Position numbers and translations under genes: made by a program
The notes under the pieces: model-generated
What the model saw: only the letters and a program-made list of their open reading frames with translations
The model's database searches: none
Told to the model about the DNA's origin: nothing
In this document: piece by piece, positions 38,273-48,551 of the stretch
How positions within the stretch are numbered: the first letter of the stretch is position 1
Layout: every line of letters begins with the position of its first letter
Source of the DNA: Planctomycetota bacterium
GTDB taxonomy: Bacteria; Planctomycetota; UBA1135; UBA2386
Assembly (NCBI GenBank): GCA_965228735.1
Contig: OZ245838.1
Location: 5,248,001 to 5,312,000, forward strand
DNA: 64,000 bases
Reading direction: 5' to 3'

Positions 38273-39295
38273 ATGCCGCGACCACCGCGTGTGGGCCCAC
38301 GTCAGCGCGCGCGGCGGTGGTTCGACCGCATGATCAGCGGCGCTGGACTCAGCCGCATCGCGGCCGGCGTGCGGCCGCACGGAGGAGCGATCGTGCTGAT
38401 GTACCACAGCGTCTCGCCGCCCGATTCGCCGTGGATCGATCCTCGCTTTGCGGTCGCGCCGGCGGTCTTCGAGGCGCAGATCGACTACCTCGTGCGGTAT
38501 TGCAACGTCGTGAGCCTGGACGAACTCGTGATGCGCAACGCGGCGGGACAGTCGTTCGACGAGCGCACCGTCGCGATCACGTTCGACGACGGCTACCGCG
38601 ACAACCTCGATGTCGCGGCCCCGATCCTCGCGGCCAGGAACGTGCCGGCGACGTTCTATCTCGCGACCGGCTACGTCGACCGGGGTGAGCCGCAATGGGT
38701 GGATCGGCTGTATGCAATCTTCGGCACGCGATCGCGGCATGGACTCGACCTGACCGCGTTCGGGCTGACGCGTTGGGATCTCGCACGGCAGGGCGATGCC
38801 GACGACGCGCACTCACGGATCGCGCAGCGATTGCTCGTGGCGAGTTTCGAAGACCGCCAGCAGCTGCTCGAGGAACTCGCGAAGCAGCTCGAGCCAGAGG
38901 AGCCGGCGCCGCGGACCACCATGACGTGGGACGAGGTCGGCGAGCTCGCGCGGGATGAAGGGTTCACGATCGGATGCCACACTCGCAGTCATATCGACCT
39001 GACGAGCGTGTCCGGCGACGAGGCGCGCGCCGAGTGCGAGCGCAGCAAGGCAGACGTAGAACGTCACCTCGGAATCGAACCAGCGCACTTCTCGTATCCT
39101 TACGGCCGGTTCACCGCCGAGCTCGCCGAGACGGTGCGAGCGCTCGGTTTCACGACCGCTGCAACGACGACGGAGCAGACCCGGTTTCGCGACCCGATGA
39201 CCATCCCGCGCATCGACGCGACGGGTCACCTCTGGTCACTGCGGCACATCGCCGTTGGCGGCTACCACGCGCTTCGTCGCCGGCAAGCGCTCTGA
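38273..39295 (+). CDS. Polysaccharide deacetylase (NodB/CE4) family protein
   Basis: VLMYHSV, AITFDDGYRDN, HTRSH and FSYPYG. Start uncertain (38255, 38273 or 38330). Confidence 0.92.
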   Translation: MPRPPRVGPRQRARRWFDRMISGAGLSRIAAGVRPHGGAIVLMYHSVSPPDSPWIDPRFAVAPAVFEAQIDYLVRYCNVVSLDELVMRNAAGQSFDERTVAITFDDGYRDNLDVAAPILAARNVPATFYLATGYVDRGEPQWVDRLYAIFGTRSRHGLDLTAFGLTRWDLARQGDADDAHSRIAQRLLVASFEDRQQLLEELAKQLEPEEPAPRTTMTWDEVGELARDEGFTIGCHTRSHIDLTSVSGDEARAECERSKADVERHLGIEPAHFSYPYGRFTAELAETVRALGFTTAATTTEQTRFRDPMTIPRIDATGHLWSLRHIAVGGYHALRRRQAL

Positions 39296-39425
39296 CGCCG
39301 GCGGACCCCAGGGCAGCGCCGTCCCGAGTTCGGTCAGCTCGGGGTCGCCGCTCAGAACCGAAGCGGCGCTCCGCATGAGCGCGGCGAGGTCCTGAGCTCG
39401 CTTGCTCGCTTCGCGAGCAGCGTGC

Positions 39426-40567
39426 TCAGAGCGCGAAGAACTCCACCATCTGCGCGACGCTCCGATAGCCGACTGCGCGGCGGATCTCCTTGCCGTCCGG
39501 GCCGAGCAGGATCAGCGTCGGGTAGGCCTTCACGCCTACTTCTCGACGAGGTCGCGGTGCTCGTCACCGTCGACCTTCGCGGCGATGACGCGCGCCTTCG
39601 TCGCTGCATCGACGACGTCGGCCGCGGTGTAGACGACCTGGTCCATCGCCTTGCACGGTCCGCACCACGTGGTCTCGAAGTCGAGGAACACCGGCTTCTT
39701 CTCACGCTTCCCCTGCGCCAGGATCGCGGCGTAGTCCGGGCCGTGCCGGAACGCGAGCGGGTGCTTGCTGCGCTTCGCCATCCGGTCCGCGCGCGTGCGG
39801 TCGTTCTTGGCCACCTCTTCGGCGCGGGTCATGCCCGGGTCGTGCGGCGCGATCGTGATCCGTTTGCCGTCGGGTGTGAACGACGTGATGCGGAACGCGC
39901 GCTCACCGCACCAGGCGTGGTTGGACACGGCGCGTCCGCGCGCAGTGAGGAGCTCCTGCCGCGTCGCGCCGATCTGCCAGCTGTCGTCGGTCGTGTAGAC
40001 GCCGTCCATCACACCTTCCGTCAGGAGCACGTGCACCGTCTCGCCATCGTGCTCGAACTCGCCCTCGTGCCAGCCGCGGCGCGACCAGCGCAGCGTCGGC
40101 TTCTGTTCCTTCGCCGCCGGGTCGAACACGAACCACAGCGCCATCGGGTACGGCTGATGCTCGTCGCCGGCGCCCGTCGGCACCTGCACGATGGCCGTGA
40201 AGCTCGACCAGAACTTCTTGCGGCGCTCGCGGGGCGTGGTCGTGAACAGCTCGCCTTTGCCGAACTCGCCGTCGCGATCACAGTCGATCTGCAATCGGTC
40301 GACGTGTTCGGAGTTCGGGCTGTAGGACAACGCGACGCGGACCGGCGGGGTGCCCGCCGGGCCGAGGTGGAACTCACCGATGAGACCGGCCGGCGCGGGG
40401 CGCACCGGTACCTTGGCGCCCTTCGGACTCCAGCGCAGGCTGCCGTCCGGGCTCGGCGCGGTCGGCGTGAGCGTGACCTCGACGTTGGATTCGACCTCGG
40501 GCTCGGGAGTCCGTGCGGGCGCGGGCTCCTGGCAGAGGGCGCCGACGAGCAGGCTGGAGAGCAGCAT
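39426..40567 (-). pseudogene. Secreted thioredoxin-domain protein (WCGPC) with a 1-bp frameshift near the C-terminus (mutation or sequencing error)
   Basis: KPVFLDFETTWCGPCKAM...LVEK, then AAG TA GGC GTG. Restoring one base gives YGVKAYPTLILLGPDGKEIRRAVGY...FFAL* ending at 39426. Confidence 0.85.
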
Positions 40568-40689
40568 TCGCGCACTGTAGACCCTCGGAGTCGCGGTGCG
40601 TCCACGGATCGGTGATCTACTCGCGCGGACGACTTCCGGCCCGTATCAGTGCCCCACTCGCGCTGTCCACTGTCAGGAGGGTTGATCCC

Positions 40690-42696
40690 ATGAGCATCTC
40701 GAGGGCCGTTGGCCCGGGTCGGTCGACCGCTGTCGTCGCGGCGGTCTACGTCGCGTTCGCCGCGGCCCTCGTCGGAACGTGTCCTGCGCAGACCGACTGG
40801 GCGAAGTTCCGTGGTGCTCGCGGTGATGGCGTCGCGCCGCCGCAGGGCGTGGCCAAGGCTTGGGGTGACGGCGGCCCGCCCGAGCTCTGGCGGCGGGAGT
40901 TCGGCCCCGGCTTCTCGACCGTCGCGGCCGTCGGCGACCGGCTCTACACGATGGGAGCGCCGGGCGAGGTCGAAGAGGCGTTCTGCCTCGATGCGCGCAC
41001 GGGCGAGACCGTCTGGCGCGTGCCGCTCGGGCCGCGATTCGCGGACAAGTTCGGCGACGGGCCGCGCGCGACGCCGACGGTCGACGAGGATCTCGTCTTC
41101 GCCGTGTCCTCGACGATGCGGCTCGCGGCGATCGGCGTCGAGGACGGCGAGGTGCGCTGGCAGAAGGACCTGCTCACCGAGTTCTCCATGCGGCAACCGC
41201 GCTATGGGTTCTCGGCGTCGGTGCTCGTCGTCGGCGACCGCGCGATCCTCGAGGTCGGCGCGGGCGAGGGCAAGGCGGTGATGGCGTTCGCGCGCACGAC
41301 CGGTGACGTGGTCTGGACCGCGCTCGATCGCGGCCCGAGCAAGGGCACGCCGCTGCTCGCGGAGATCGGGGGAGTGCCACAGCTGATCTTCAACCGGCCG
41401 CGGCAGATCGCCGCGTTGTCGCTCGACGGTGACGTGCTCTGGACGCACGAGGCCGCGCCCGACGTCATCGCGATGGCGCACTTCGTGCCGCCCGACGTCG
41501 TGCTCACGTCATCGGCGTACATGGGCAAGGGCACGGTTGCGCTCCGGATCACGCGCGACGGCGACACCTTCACGGCCGAGCGGGCCTGGCTGAATCGGCG
41601 CTTCCGCAACCACTTCAACAACTCCGTGCTCGTCAACGGGCACCTGTTCGGGTTCGACAACTCGACGTTGCGCTGCATCAGCGCGACGACGGGCGAACTC
41701 GCATGGTCGAAGCGCGGGTTCGGCAAGGGCTCGCTCATCGCGTGCGAGGACGTGCTCTACGTGCTCGGTGATCAGGGCGTTCTCGCGCTCGTCGCGGCCG
41801 ATCCGGCGGACTACCGCGAGCTCGGTCGCGTGCAGGCGATGCAGGACGACGAAGGGCGATGCTGGACGTCGCCGACGCTCGCGTCAGGCCGGCTGTTCGT
41901 CCGCAATCTGAAGGAGATCGTGGCCTACGACGTGCGGGCCGCGGCATCGGCGGTCGCCGTCGCCGAGGCAGGTCCAGCGGCGACGCGCGAACGGCCGGCG
42001 GAGTCGACTCGACCCGACCTCGAACTCGCGGACGTGTTGCAGCGCTACACCGCCGCGCGCGGCGGTCTCGAACGCTGGCGCGAGGTCACGACGCTCGCGA
42101 TGCGTGGGACGTTCACCGCGTTCAGCGAGAGCGGCCCGTTCACCTTGCTTCGACGGCGCGATCACCTCTACCGCTTCGAGTACACGATGGGCGGCAAGAT
42201 GGACGCGCGCGCCCGCGATCAGGAAGGGCTCTGGTGGCGCTATCACCGCTTCCGCATCACCGAGGGCGCCCGCGTCGAGCTCGAGCCGTATCACCGCCAG
42301 ATGAAGCGCGAATCGATGTTCGAGCCCGCGCTGCTCGACGCCGAGGCGAAGGGGATCACCGTCGTGCGGCTCGGGCCGGGGCGCGTCGACGCGCAGCCGA
42401 CGATCGACCTCGAGCTCACGTTCCCCGACGGCTCCAAGGAACAGTGGCGATTGCACGCCGAGACGTTCCTCGAGGTCGCGGTCGACTCGATCATCGTCGA
42501 CATGAACCAGGCGCGCGAGCCGATGGAGAAGCGGGTCTTCTATTCCGACTTCCGCACGGTCGACGGCCTGGTGCTGCCGTTCCGCCGCGCGCTGGAGTTC
42601 GGCGCCCGGCTCGAGGAGATCGAGGTGAGCGAGGTCACCGTCGGCCCCGAACTGGACGCGGCCGCGTTCGCGCTGCCCGCCGGCGGCGGCAAGTAA
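40690..42696 (+). CDS. PQQ-like beta-propeller protein fused to a LolA-like C-terminal domain
   Basis: AGGAGG RBS; DWAKFRG, ELWRR, GPRATPTV, CWTSPTLASGRLFVRN; C-terminal ARGGLERW...YSDFRTVDGLVLPF. Confidence 0.85.
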   Translation: MSISRAVGPGRSTAVVAAVYVAFAAALVGTCPAQTDWAKFRGARGDGVAPPQGVAKAWGDGGPPELWRREFGPGFSTVAAVGDRLYTMGAPGEVEEAFCLDARTGETVWRVPLGPRFADKFGDGPRATPTVDEDLVFAVSSTMRLAAIGVEDGEVRWQKDLLTEFSMRQPRYGFSASVLVVGDRAILEVGAGEGKAVMAFARTTGDVVWTALDRGPSKGTPLLAEIGGVPQLIFNRPRQIAALSLDGDVLWTHEAAPDVIAMAHFVPPDVVLTSSAYMGKGTVALRITRDGDTFTAERAWLNRRFRNHFNNSVLVNGHLFGFDNSTLRCISATTGELAWSKRGFGKGSLIACEDVLYVLGDQGVLALVAADPADYRELGRVQAMQDDEGRCWTSPTLASGRLFVRNLKEIVAYDVRAAASAVAVAEAGPAATRERPAESTRPDLELADVLQRYTAARGGLERWREVTTLAMRGTFTAFSESGPFTLLRRRDHLYRFEYTMGGKMDARARDQEGLWWRYHRFRITEGARVELEPYHRQMKRESMFEPALLDAEAKGITVVRLGPGRVDAQPTIDLELTFPDGSKEQWRLHAETFLEVAVDSIIVDMNQAREPMEKRVFYSDFRTVDGLVLPFRRALEFGARLEEIEVSEVTVGPELDAAAFALPAGGGK

Positions 42697-42753
42697 CGCG
42701 TTCCACGTTTCGGCCTCTTGCGCTCGGCGCTCTGCGGCATTGCAATCGCTGCC

Positions 42754-43320
42754 ATGGTCGACGTCGACAAGGCGCTGCAGACGCAGCTCTCCAACATCGA
42801 AGAACGCACGGGCAAGAAGCTGGCGCAGCTGTTCAAGCTGCTGCAGAAGGCCGGGCTCGACAAGCACGGTGCGATGGTCGCGCACCTGAAGAACGAGCTC
42901 GGGATGGGGCACGGCGACGCCAACACCGTCGTGCACATGTATCGCAAGCAGGATGATGAGTCCTCTTCGGCGTCGCCTGGCGCCGATCCGCTCGACGCGA
43001 TCTACACCGGCAAGAAGGCCGAGCTGCGCCCGCTGCACGACGCGGTGATGAAGAAGGTCGACAAGTTCGGGGACTTCGAGATCGCGCCGAAGAAGGCGTA
43101 CGTGAGCCTGCGCCGCAAGAAGCAGTTCGCGATGGTCGGGCCCGGCACGAAGGGTCGACTCGAGATCGGCGTCAACCTCAAGGACGGGGACGGCGACGAC
43201 CGCTTCGTCGCGCAGAAGCCGGGCGGCATGTGCCAGTTCAAGGTGTGGATCACCGAGGCCAAGGAGGTCGACAAGGACCTCGTGGCGTTCCTGAAGCGCG
43301 CGTTCGTCGCGGCTGGGTAA
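42754..43320 (+). CDS. DUF4287/DUF5655 domain protein
   Basis: NIEERTGK, LKNELGMGHGDAN and APKKAYVSLRRKKQFA. Confidence 0.85.
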   Translation: MVDVDKALQTQLSNIEERTGKKLAQLFKLLQKAGLDKHGAMVAHLKNELGMGHGDANTVVHMYRKQDDESSSASPGADPLDAIYTGKKAELRPLHDAVMKKVDKFGDFEIAPKKAYVSLRRKKQFAMVGPGTKGRLEIGVNLKDGDGDDRFVAQKPGGMCQFKVWITEAKEVDKDLVAFLKRAFVAAG

Positions 43321-43363
43321 CGGGCAAGAGCGCCGCCGAGCGGGCGGTTAGGATTGCGCGCCC

Positions 43364-46054
43364 ATGATCAGCCGTTCGGTCGTTCCGCTGCTCCTCGCCC
43401 TGGCAACGTGGCCGGTGGCCGGTGCGCTGGCGCAGGATGCCGCGTCGTCGTTCGACGAGCTGAAGCGCCGTGGTGCCGAGGCGTCCCGCTACCTCGCGCG
43501 CGAGCGCTCGGGCAACGCTGACGCGGCGACGCCGCAGGCGGACCTCGCGACGTTCCGGCAGCGAATCGCGCCGATCCTCGCGCAGAACTGCTACCGGTGT
43601 CACGGCGAGAAGAAGCAGAAAGCCGATCTGCGGATCGACACACTCGACCCGGACCTGTTCGACGGCGACGACGTCGACTGGTGGCTCGAGGTGCAGGCCG
43701 TGCTCACGAACGGCGAGATGCCGCCCGAGGACGAGCCGGCGATGGCGGGCTCCGATCGCGCTTCGGTGATCGACTGGCTGGCCGCGGAGAGTCAGGCCGC
43801 GTCGATGGCGCGGCGCGGCGCGGCGGAGCACTCGTCGTTCCGGCGCATGGCGCGGTACGAATACGGCCACGCGCTGCAGGATCTGCTCGGGCTGCCGTTC
43901 GACTTCGCGGAGGACCTGCCGCCGGACCCGGTGTCCGAGGACGGCTTCGAGAACAGCTCCGAGATGCTGCACCTGTCGGGACTGCAGCTGCGCGCCTACC
44001 TCGAGTCCGCGCGCAAGGCGCTGCGCCTCGCGACCGTGCGCGGCGAGCGGCCGACGACGCTGCACTGGGGCGTGTCGATGGCCGCGGCCGCAGAGGTCGC
44101 CTGGCAGCGGCAGGAGCAGCAGCTCGAGAACGTCCGGAAGAAGCACGGCAAGAACCCGGAGAAGCTCGCGGCCGAACTCGACAAGCAGCGGGCCGCGCAG
44201 CGGAGGCGGCCCGGCGGCGCGTTCTACCACGACCGCAGCAGCGGCCGCATGGCGCCGCAGCGATGGGGCTACAACAAGGCGCGGTTCGCATGGGCGCCCG
44301 CGCAAGAGACCCCCCGCATCCCGCCGAGCGATCTCGCGACCGAGGTCGGGACCATCGCGGTGGTGCCGCCGCGTCACAACCTCTACGTCGAGCTCGGCGA
44401 TCGGCTGCCGGAGCGCGGCGAACTGCGCGTCCGGGTGCGGGCGTGGCGCGCCGATGCCGAGGGCGCCAACCCGCCGAGTCTGCGGCTGCTGTTCGGCTGG
44501 AAGGCGAGCAACGACTCACAGGCCAACGTGATCCTGCCCGGGGAGGATCAGGTCGTGCACGCGACGGTCGGCGCCCCGCGGTTCTACGAGTGGCGGGTCC
44601 CGATGAGTCAGATCTACCCGCGCAACCTCGTGCGCGGGATCAATCAGCTCGGTGACCTGCCGAGTCCGTCGGAGTATCTGCGCATCGTCAACGCGTCGCA
44701 GTCCGGCGGTGACGTCCATCTCGACTACGTCTGGGTGAGTTCGCCCGTCTACGAGACGTGGCCGCCGGCGTCGCACGAGCGGATCTTCTTCCCGAGCGAG
44801 AACGAGCGGGACGAGGCGGTCTACGCGCGGGAGGTGATCCAGCGGTTCTTGCGGCGCGCGTGGCGGCGCGAGCCGACCGCCGCGGAGGTCGATCGCAAGA
44901 TGCGGTTGTTCGAACGCGTGCGGCCGCGGTGCGCGACCCTCGAGGACGCGGTCCTCGAGGCATTGGCGGCTGCGCTAGCGTCGCCGAACTTCCTCTACCT
45001 CGTCGAGCTCGACGCGGCGAGTGACGACGGCGGTGCATCGCGGCTGTCCGGTGCGGAGCTGGCGACGCGGCTCGCCATGTTCCTCTGGAGCGGCCTGCCC
45101 GACGACGAGCTGCGCGAGCTGGCTGCCAGCGGGCGCCTGCACGAGCCCGCCGTGCTCGCGGCACAGGTCGATCGCATGCTCGGCGATCCGCGGATCGAGC
45201 GCTTCAGCGCGCACTTCGTGCGGCAGTGGCTCAACCTCGAGCTGCTCGACTTCCTGCACGTCGACAAGAAGCAGTACCCGCACTTCGACGACGAGCTGAA
45301 GCGCGCGATGCGGCGCGAGCCGGTCGCGTTCTTCGCGGCCGTCCTGCGCGAGAACCTCGCCGTCCTCGAGTTCCTGCACGCCGATTTCACGTTCCTCAAC
45401 GAGCGGCTCGCGCGGCACTACGGCGTCGACGGTGTCGTCGGCAATCAGATGCGGCGCGTCGAGCTCGACGAGTCGCATCGCCGCGGCGGCCTCCTGACGC
45501 AGGCCGGGTTGCTCGCGATGAACTCGGACGGCAAGGACTCGCACCCGCTCAAGCGTGGCATCTGGATGCTCGAACGCATTCTCGACGATCCGCCGCCGCC
45601 GCCGCCGCCGGCCGTCCCCGAGATCGACCTCGCGGATCCGCGGATCGCGAAGATGACGCTGAAGGAGCGCATCGAGGATCACCGCAATCACGCGGCATGC
45701 CGGTCGTGCCATGCCAAGATCGATCCGTGGGGCATCGCGTTCGAGAACTTCGACGCCGTCGGTGCGTGGCGGACCGAGGTGCAGGGCAAGCCCGTCGACG
45801 CCGTGAGCGCGTTGTTCAACGGGCAGCAGCTCCACGGCATGGCGGGTTTGAAGCGCTTCCTGCTGAGCAACCGCCAGGACCAGTTCGTGCGGGCCCTCAC
45901 GCACAAGCTCGCGACCTACGCCCTCGGTCGACCGCTCGGATTCGGCGATCGGGCGGCGATCGACGAGATCGCGCGGCGGACGCGCGAGGCAGGCGACGGG
46001 CTGGCTGGTATGGTGAAGCACGTCGCGACCAGCGACCTGTTCCGTTCGAAGTGA
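43364..46054 (+). CDS. DUF1592/DUF1588/DUF1585/DUF1587/DUF1595 cytochrome c domain protein
   Basis: CYRCHG and CRSCH heme motifs, EMPP, LATRLAMFLW..PD, RRGGLLTQA and FENFDAVG. Confidence 0.92.
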   Translation: MISRSVVPLLLALATWPVAGALAQDAASSFDELKRRGAEASRYLARERSGNADAATPQADLATFRQRIAPILAQNCYRCHGEKKQKADLRIDTLDPDLFDGDDVDWWLEVQAVLTNGEMPPEDEPAMAGSDRASVIDWLAAESQAASMARRGAAEHSSFRRMARYEYGHALQDLLGLPFDFAEDLPPDPVSEDGFENSSEMLHLSGLQLRAYLESARKALRLATVRGERPTTLHWGVSMAAAAEVAWQRQEQQLENVRKKHGKNPEKLAAELDKQRAAQRRRPGGAFYHDRSSGRMAPQRWGYNKARFAWAPAQETPRIPPSDLATEVGTIAVVPPRHNLYVELGDRLPERGELRVRVRAWRADAEGANPPSLRLLFGWKASNDSQANVILPGEDQVVHATVGAPRFYEWRVPMSQIYPRNLVRGINQLGDLPSPSEYLRIVNASQSGGDVHLDYVWVSSPVYETWPPASHERIFFPSENERDEAVYAREVIQRFLRRAWRREPTAAEVDRKMRLFERVRPRCATLEDAVLEALAAALASPNFLYLVELDAASDDGGASRLSGAELATRLAMFLWSGLPDDELRELAASGRLHEPAVLAAQVDRMLGDPRIERFSAHFVRQWLNLELLDFLHVDKKQYPHFDDELKRAMRREPVAFFAAVLRENLAVLEFLHADFTFLNERLARHYGVDGVVGNQMRRVELDESHRRGGLLTQAGLLAMNSDGKDSHPLKRGIWMLERILDDPPPPPPPAVPEIDLADPRIAKMTLKERIEDHRNHAACRSCHAKIDPWGIAFENFDAVGAWRTEVQGKPVDAVSALFNGQQLHGMAGLKRFLLSNRQDQFVRALTHKLATYALGRPLGFGDRAAIDEIARRTREAGDGLAGMVKHVATSDLFRSK

Positions 46055-46061
46055 GGCTCCC

Positions 46062-47456
46062 ATGACCTTCCGCTCCGCATCCCTCGACCGCCGGCGCTTC
46101 CTGCGCGGCTCGACGGCCGCTCTCGCGCTGCCGTGGTTCGAGACCGCGATGCGGCGTTCTTCCGGGGGACGCCGCGACAAGCCGAAGCGCCTCGTCTGCC
46201 TCTACCAGCCGGACGGCGTCCCGATGCCGCTGCCGCAGGATCCCGCGTTCGAGGACTGGTCGTGGTTCCCGCACGGCGGCGGGCGCGACTTCCGCTTCAC
46301 GAAGTGCCTCGAACCGCTCGCGCCCTTGCGCGAACGCCTGACGGTGCTGTCGGGCATGTCGCATCCCGCAGTTCGGGCCTACCACGGGCACAGCAACGCC
46401 GATCAGTTCCTCACGGGCGCCGACACGGGCGCGCGCGGCGTCTACCAGAACTCGGTGTCGCTCGATCAGGTGTTCGCCGAACAGGTGGGCGAGCAGACCC
46501 GCTTCGCGTCGCTCGTGATGTCGACCGACGGCGGCACGGGCACGCCGCGCGGCGCGCACACGTTGTCGTTCGATCGCAGTGGGCGGGCGATCCCGGCCGC
46601 GCACCGGCCGAAGAAGATCTTCGACTCGCTGTTCGTGACGGCCGACGAGGACGCCGCGCGTCGCCTCGCGCTCAACGAGAGCGCGCTCGACGACCTGCTC
46701 GACGATGCTCGCGCGCTGCGGGGCAAACTGAGCAAGCACGATCAGCAGGCGCTCGCCGACTATCTCGACTCCGTGCGCGACACCGAGCGCAAGGTCGAGA
46801 AGGCCAAGGCCTGGGTCGACGTGCCGCTGCCGAAGGTCGACGGCTCGCGCTTCGACCTCGACGTCACGCCCGAGAATGCGCGCAACTACCTGCGCACGAT
46901 GTTCGAGCTCATTCACCTGGCGCTCCACACCGATTCGACGCGCGTCGTGACCTATCAGATCGGCCGCGAGAACAGCGTCGGCATCAGCGACCGCCTCGGT
47001 CGCGCCGTCGGCTTTCCGCTCGCGCACCAGCTGTCGCACGAGACCAAGAAGCCGGGCGGCTGGAAGAACTTCGGCCTCTACTGCCGCTTCCTCGCCGAGG
47101 AGCTGCGCCACTTCGTGCAGCTGCTGCAGAACACGCCCGAGCCCGGCGGCGACGGCAGCATGCTCGACAACACGCTCGTGCTGTTCGGTTCGGCGTCGAG
47201 CGCGTTCCACCTGTCGCGCAACTACCCGCTGATCCTGCTCGGCGCGGAGAACATGGGGTTCCGCCACGGCCAGTACCTCAACTACGTCGTCGGCGACGCC
47301 TACGGCGGCGCCTGGACGGGCGGCCGGGAACCCTGGCAGCGCGAATTCGAGCACGACGACCGGCCGGCGGGGGAGCTGTTCGTCACGATGCTCCGGCGGC
47401 TCGGCGTCGACATCGATTCGTTCGCCGGATGCGTGGCCGGCCTCGACGACATCTGA
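46062..47456 (+). CDS. DUF1552 domain protein, Tat-exported
   Basis: DRRRFLRG, SVSLDQ, YLDSVRDTE, HQLSH and SMLDNTLVLFGS; usual partner of DUF1592. Confidence 0.92.
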   Translation: MTFRSASLDRRRFLRGSTAALALPWFETAMRRSSGGRRDKPKRLVCLYQPDGVPMPLPQDPAFEDWSWFPHGGGRDFRFTKCLEPLAPLRERLTVLSGMSHPAVRAYHGHSNADQFLTGADTGARGVYQNSVSLDQVFAEQVGEQTRFASLVMSTDGGTGTPRGAHTLSFDRSGRAIPAAHRPKKIFDSLFVTADEDAARRLALNESALDDLLDDARALRGKLSKHDQQALADYLDSVRDTERKVEKAKAWVDVPLPKVDGSRFDLDVTPENARNYLRTMFELIHLALHTDSTRVVTYQIGRENSVGISDRLGRAVGFPLAHQLSHETKKPGGWKNFGLYCRFLAEELRHFVQLLQNTPEPGGDGSMLDNTLVLFGSASSAFHLSRNYPLILLGAENMGFRHGQYLNYVVGDAYGGAWTGGREPWQREFEHDDRPAGELFVTMLRRLGVDIDSFAGCVAGLDDI

Positions 47457-47465
47457 CGCCTGCAG

Positions 47466-47560
47466 GGCCAGCCCCGTACGGTACCCGGTTCGATCGGCCA
47501 GCCCCGTACGGTACCCGGTTCGATCTGCAAGCTGGGCCCCGCACGGTACCCGGTTCGATC
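47466..47560. repeat. Intergenic tandem repeat, three copies of a 25-30 bp unit (REP-like)
   Basis: ggccagccccgtacggtacccggttcgatc at 47466-47495 and 47496-47525; core gccccgcacggtacccggttcgatc at 47536-47560. Confidence 0.9.
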
Positions 47561-47592
47561 TGCAGGTGATCGCATGACCCAATCCGAAGAGC

Positions 47593-47925
47593 ACCGATCC
47601 CATCGTCGTGTCCGGCTGGCTGACCGACGAGGAGATGCGCATCCGCAGCTCGATCGGCTTCTTCCTGTTCTTCCCGCGGGGCGGCAACGAGACCCTGCTC
47701 GAGCAGGCCGGCTTCGAGGTCATGGCCGTCGAGGACCGCACCGACAGCATGGCCGTCATGGCGCGGCGCTGGTTCGACGCGCGCGAACACCGCGCGAACG
47801 AGCTGCGCGAGATCGAGGGCGACGCGACCTTCGCGGGTCAGCAGACGTTCTTCGACACGACGGCGCGTCTCGCCGCAGAACGACGGCTCTCGCGGTTGTC
47901 GTTCCTGGCGCAGCTCGCGCGCTGA
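47593..47925 (+). pseudogene. C-terminal half of a class I SAM-dependent methyltransferase (SAM-binding N-terminus missing)
   Basis: TDPIVVSG...LLEQAGFEVMAVEDRT...LSRLSFLA. No GxGxG motif and no room for it upstream. Confidence 0.6.
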
Positions 47926-47944
47926 CCGCGGGAGGTCGCCGGGG

Positions 47945-48426
47945 CTATCCGACGGCCGCGCCCGCGACCTGCCCGTGCGCCGAGCAGCACCGCAGGTTCG
48001 CCGTGTGGGCGACGACGAGCGCGATGCCGCCGATCAGGGTGACAATCGTGGCCGGCGGGATGTGCAGGGACTCGGTGCCCGTGGCCTCGTCGACGACGAA
48101 CGACGGGCAGCACTCGCACGCAAAGTCCTCGGCGTGGGCCGGGACCGTCAGGTACGGGAGCACGGCACCCGCGAGCACGAAGAGGATGCCGAAGGTCCCG
48201 AGCGTGACGACCCACTTGCGACCGTGGGTGCGGAGCCGTTGCGCAGCGCGAACGCGGCCACGGGCAGGACGAACGCGGCGATCGAGAGGTGCGAAACGGG
48301 GTGGGCCCAGAGGCCGCCGAGGGTCGGCAGCGCGATGAAGATCAGGGGCGCGATCGCGCAGTGGATCGCGCAGGCGACGGACGCGAAGACGCCCGCTCGA
48401 TCCAGGGATGCATGGGAAACCGCCAC
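47945..48426 (-). pseudogene. MerC-domain membrane protein with a 1-bp frameshift near 48234 (mutation or sequencing error)
   Basis: LDRAGVFASVACAIHC in one frame; RTHGRKW...ACECCP...VAHTANLRCC continues in another, with the junction at AAC GGC TC CGC ACC. Confidence 0.8.
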
Positions 48427-48551
48427 GACAGGAGCGTAGTGCCGGTGGGCCCGGAGCGGTTCCCGGAATTCGACGGCGCGCCTCCCGCGCTGCCATGGGG
48501 TGTTCGTTCGCGAGAGCCCGGGGGGCTCTGTCGGGATAGGCTTGTGCCCGG

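Noticed and set aside
39296..39425. GC-rich intergenic inverted segments as an ncRNA or terminator
   Set aside because: Only short imperfect stems, no U-tract and no recognisable RNA family motif.
39536..39538. TAG in the thioredoxin gene as pyrrolysine or stop readthrough
   Set aside because: Homology continues in a different frame, so it is an indel; the same frame hits TGA two codons later.
47466..47560. Repeat cluster as a CRISPR array
   Set aside because: The first two units are directly adjacent with no spacer, the third follows after only about 10 nt, and no cas genes are present in the window.
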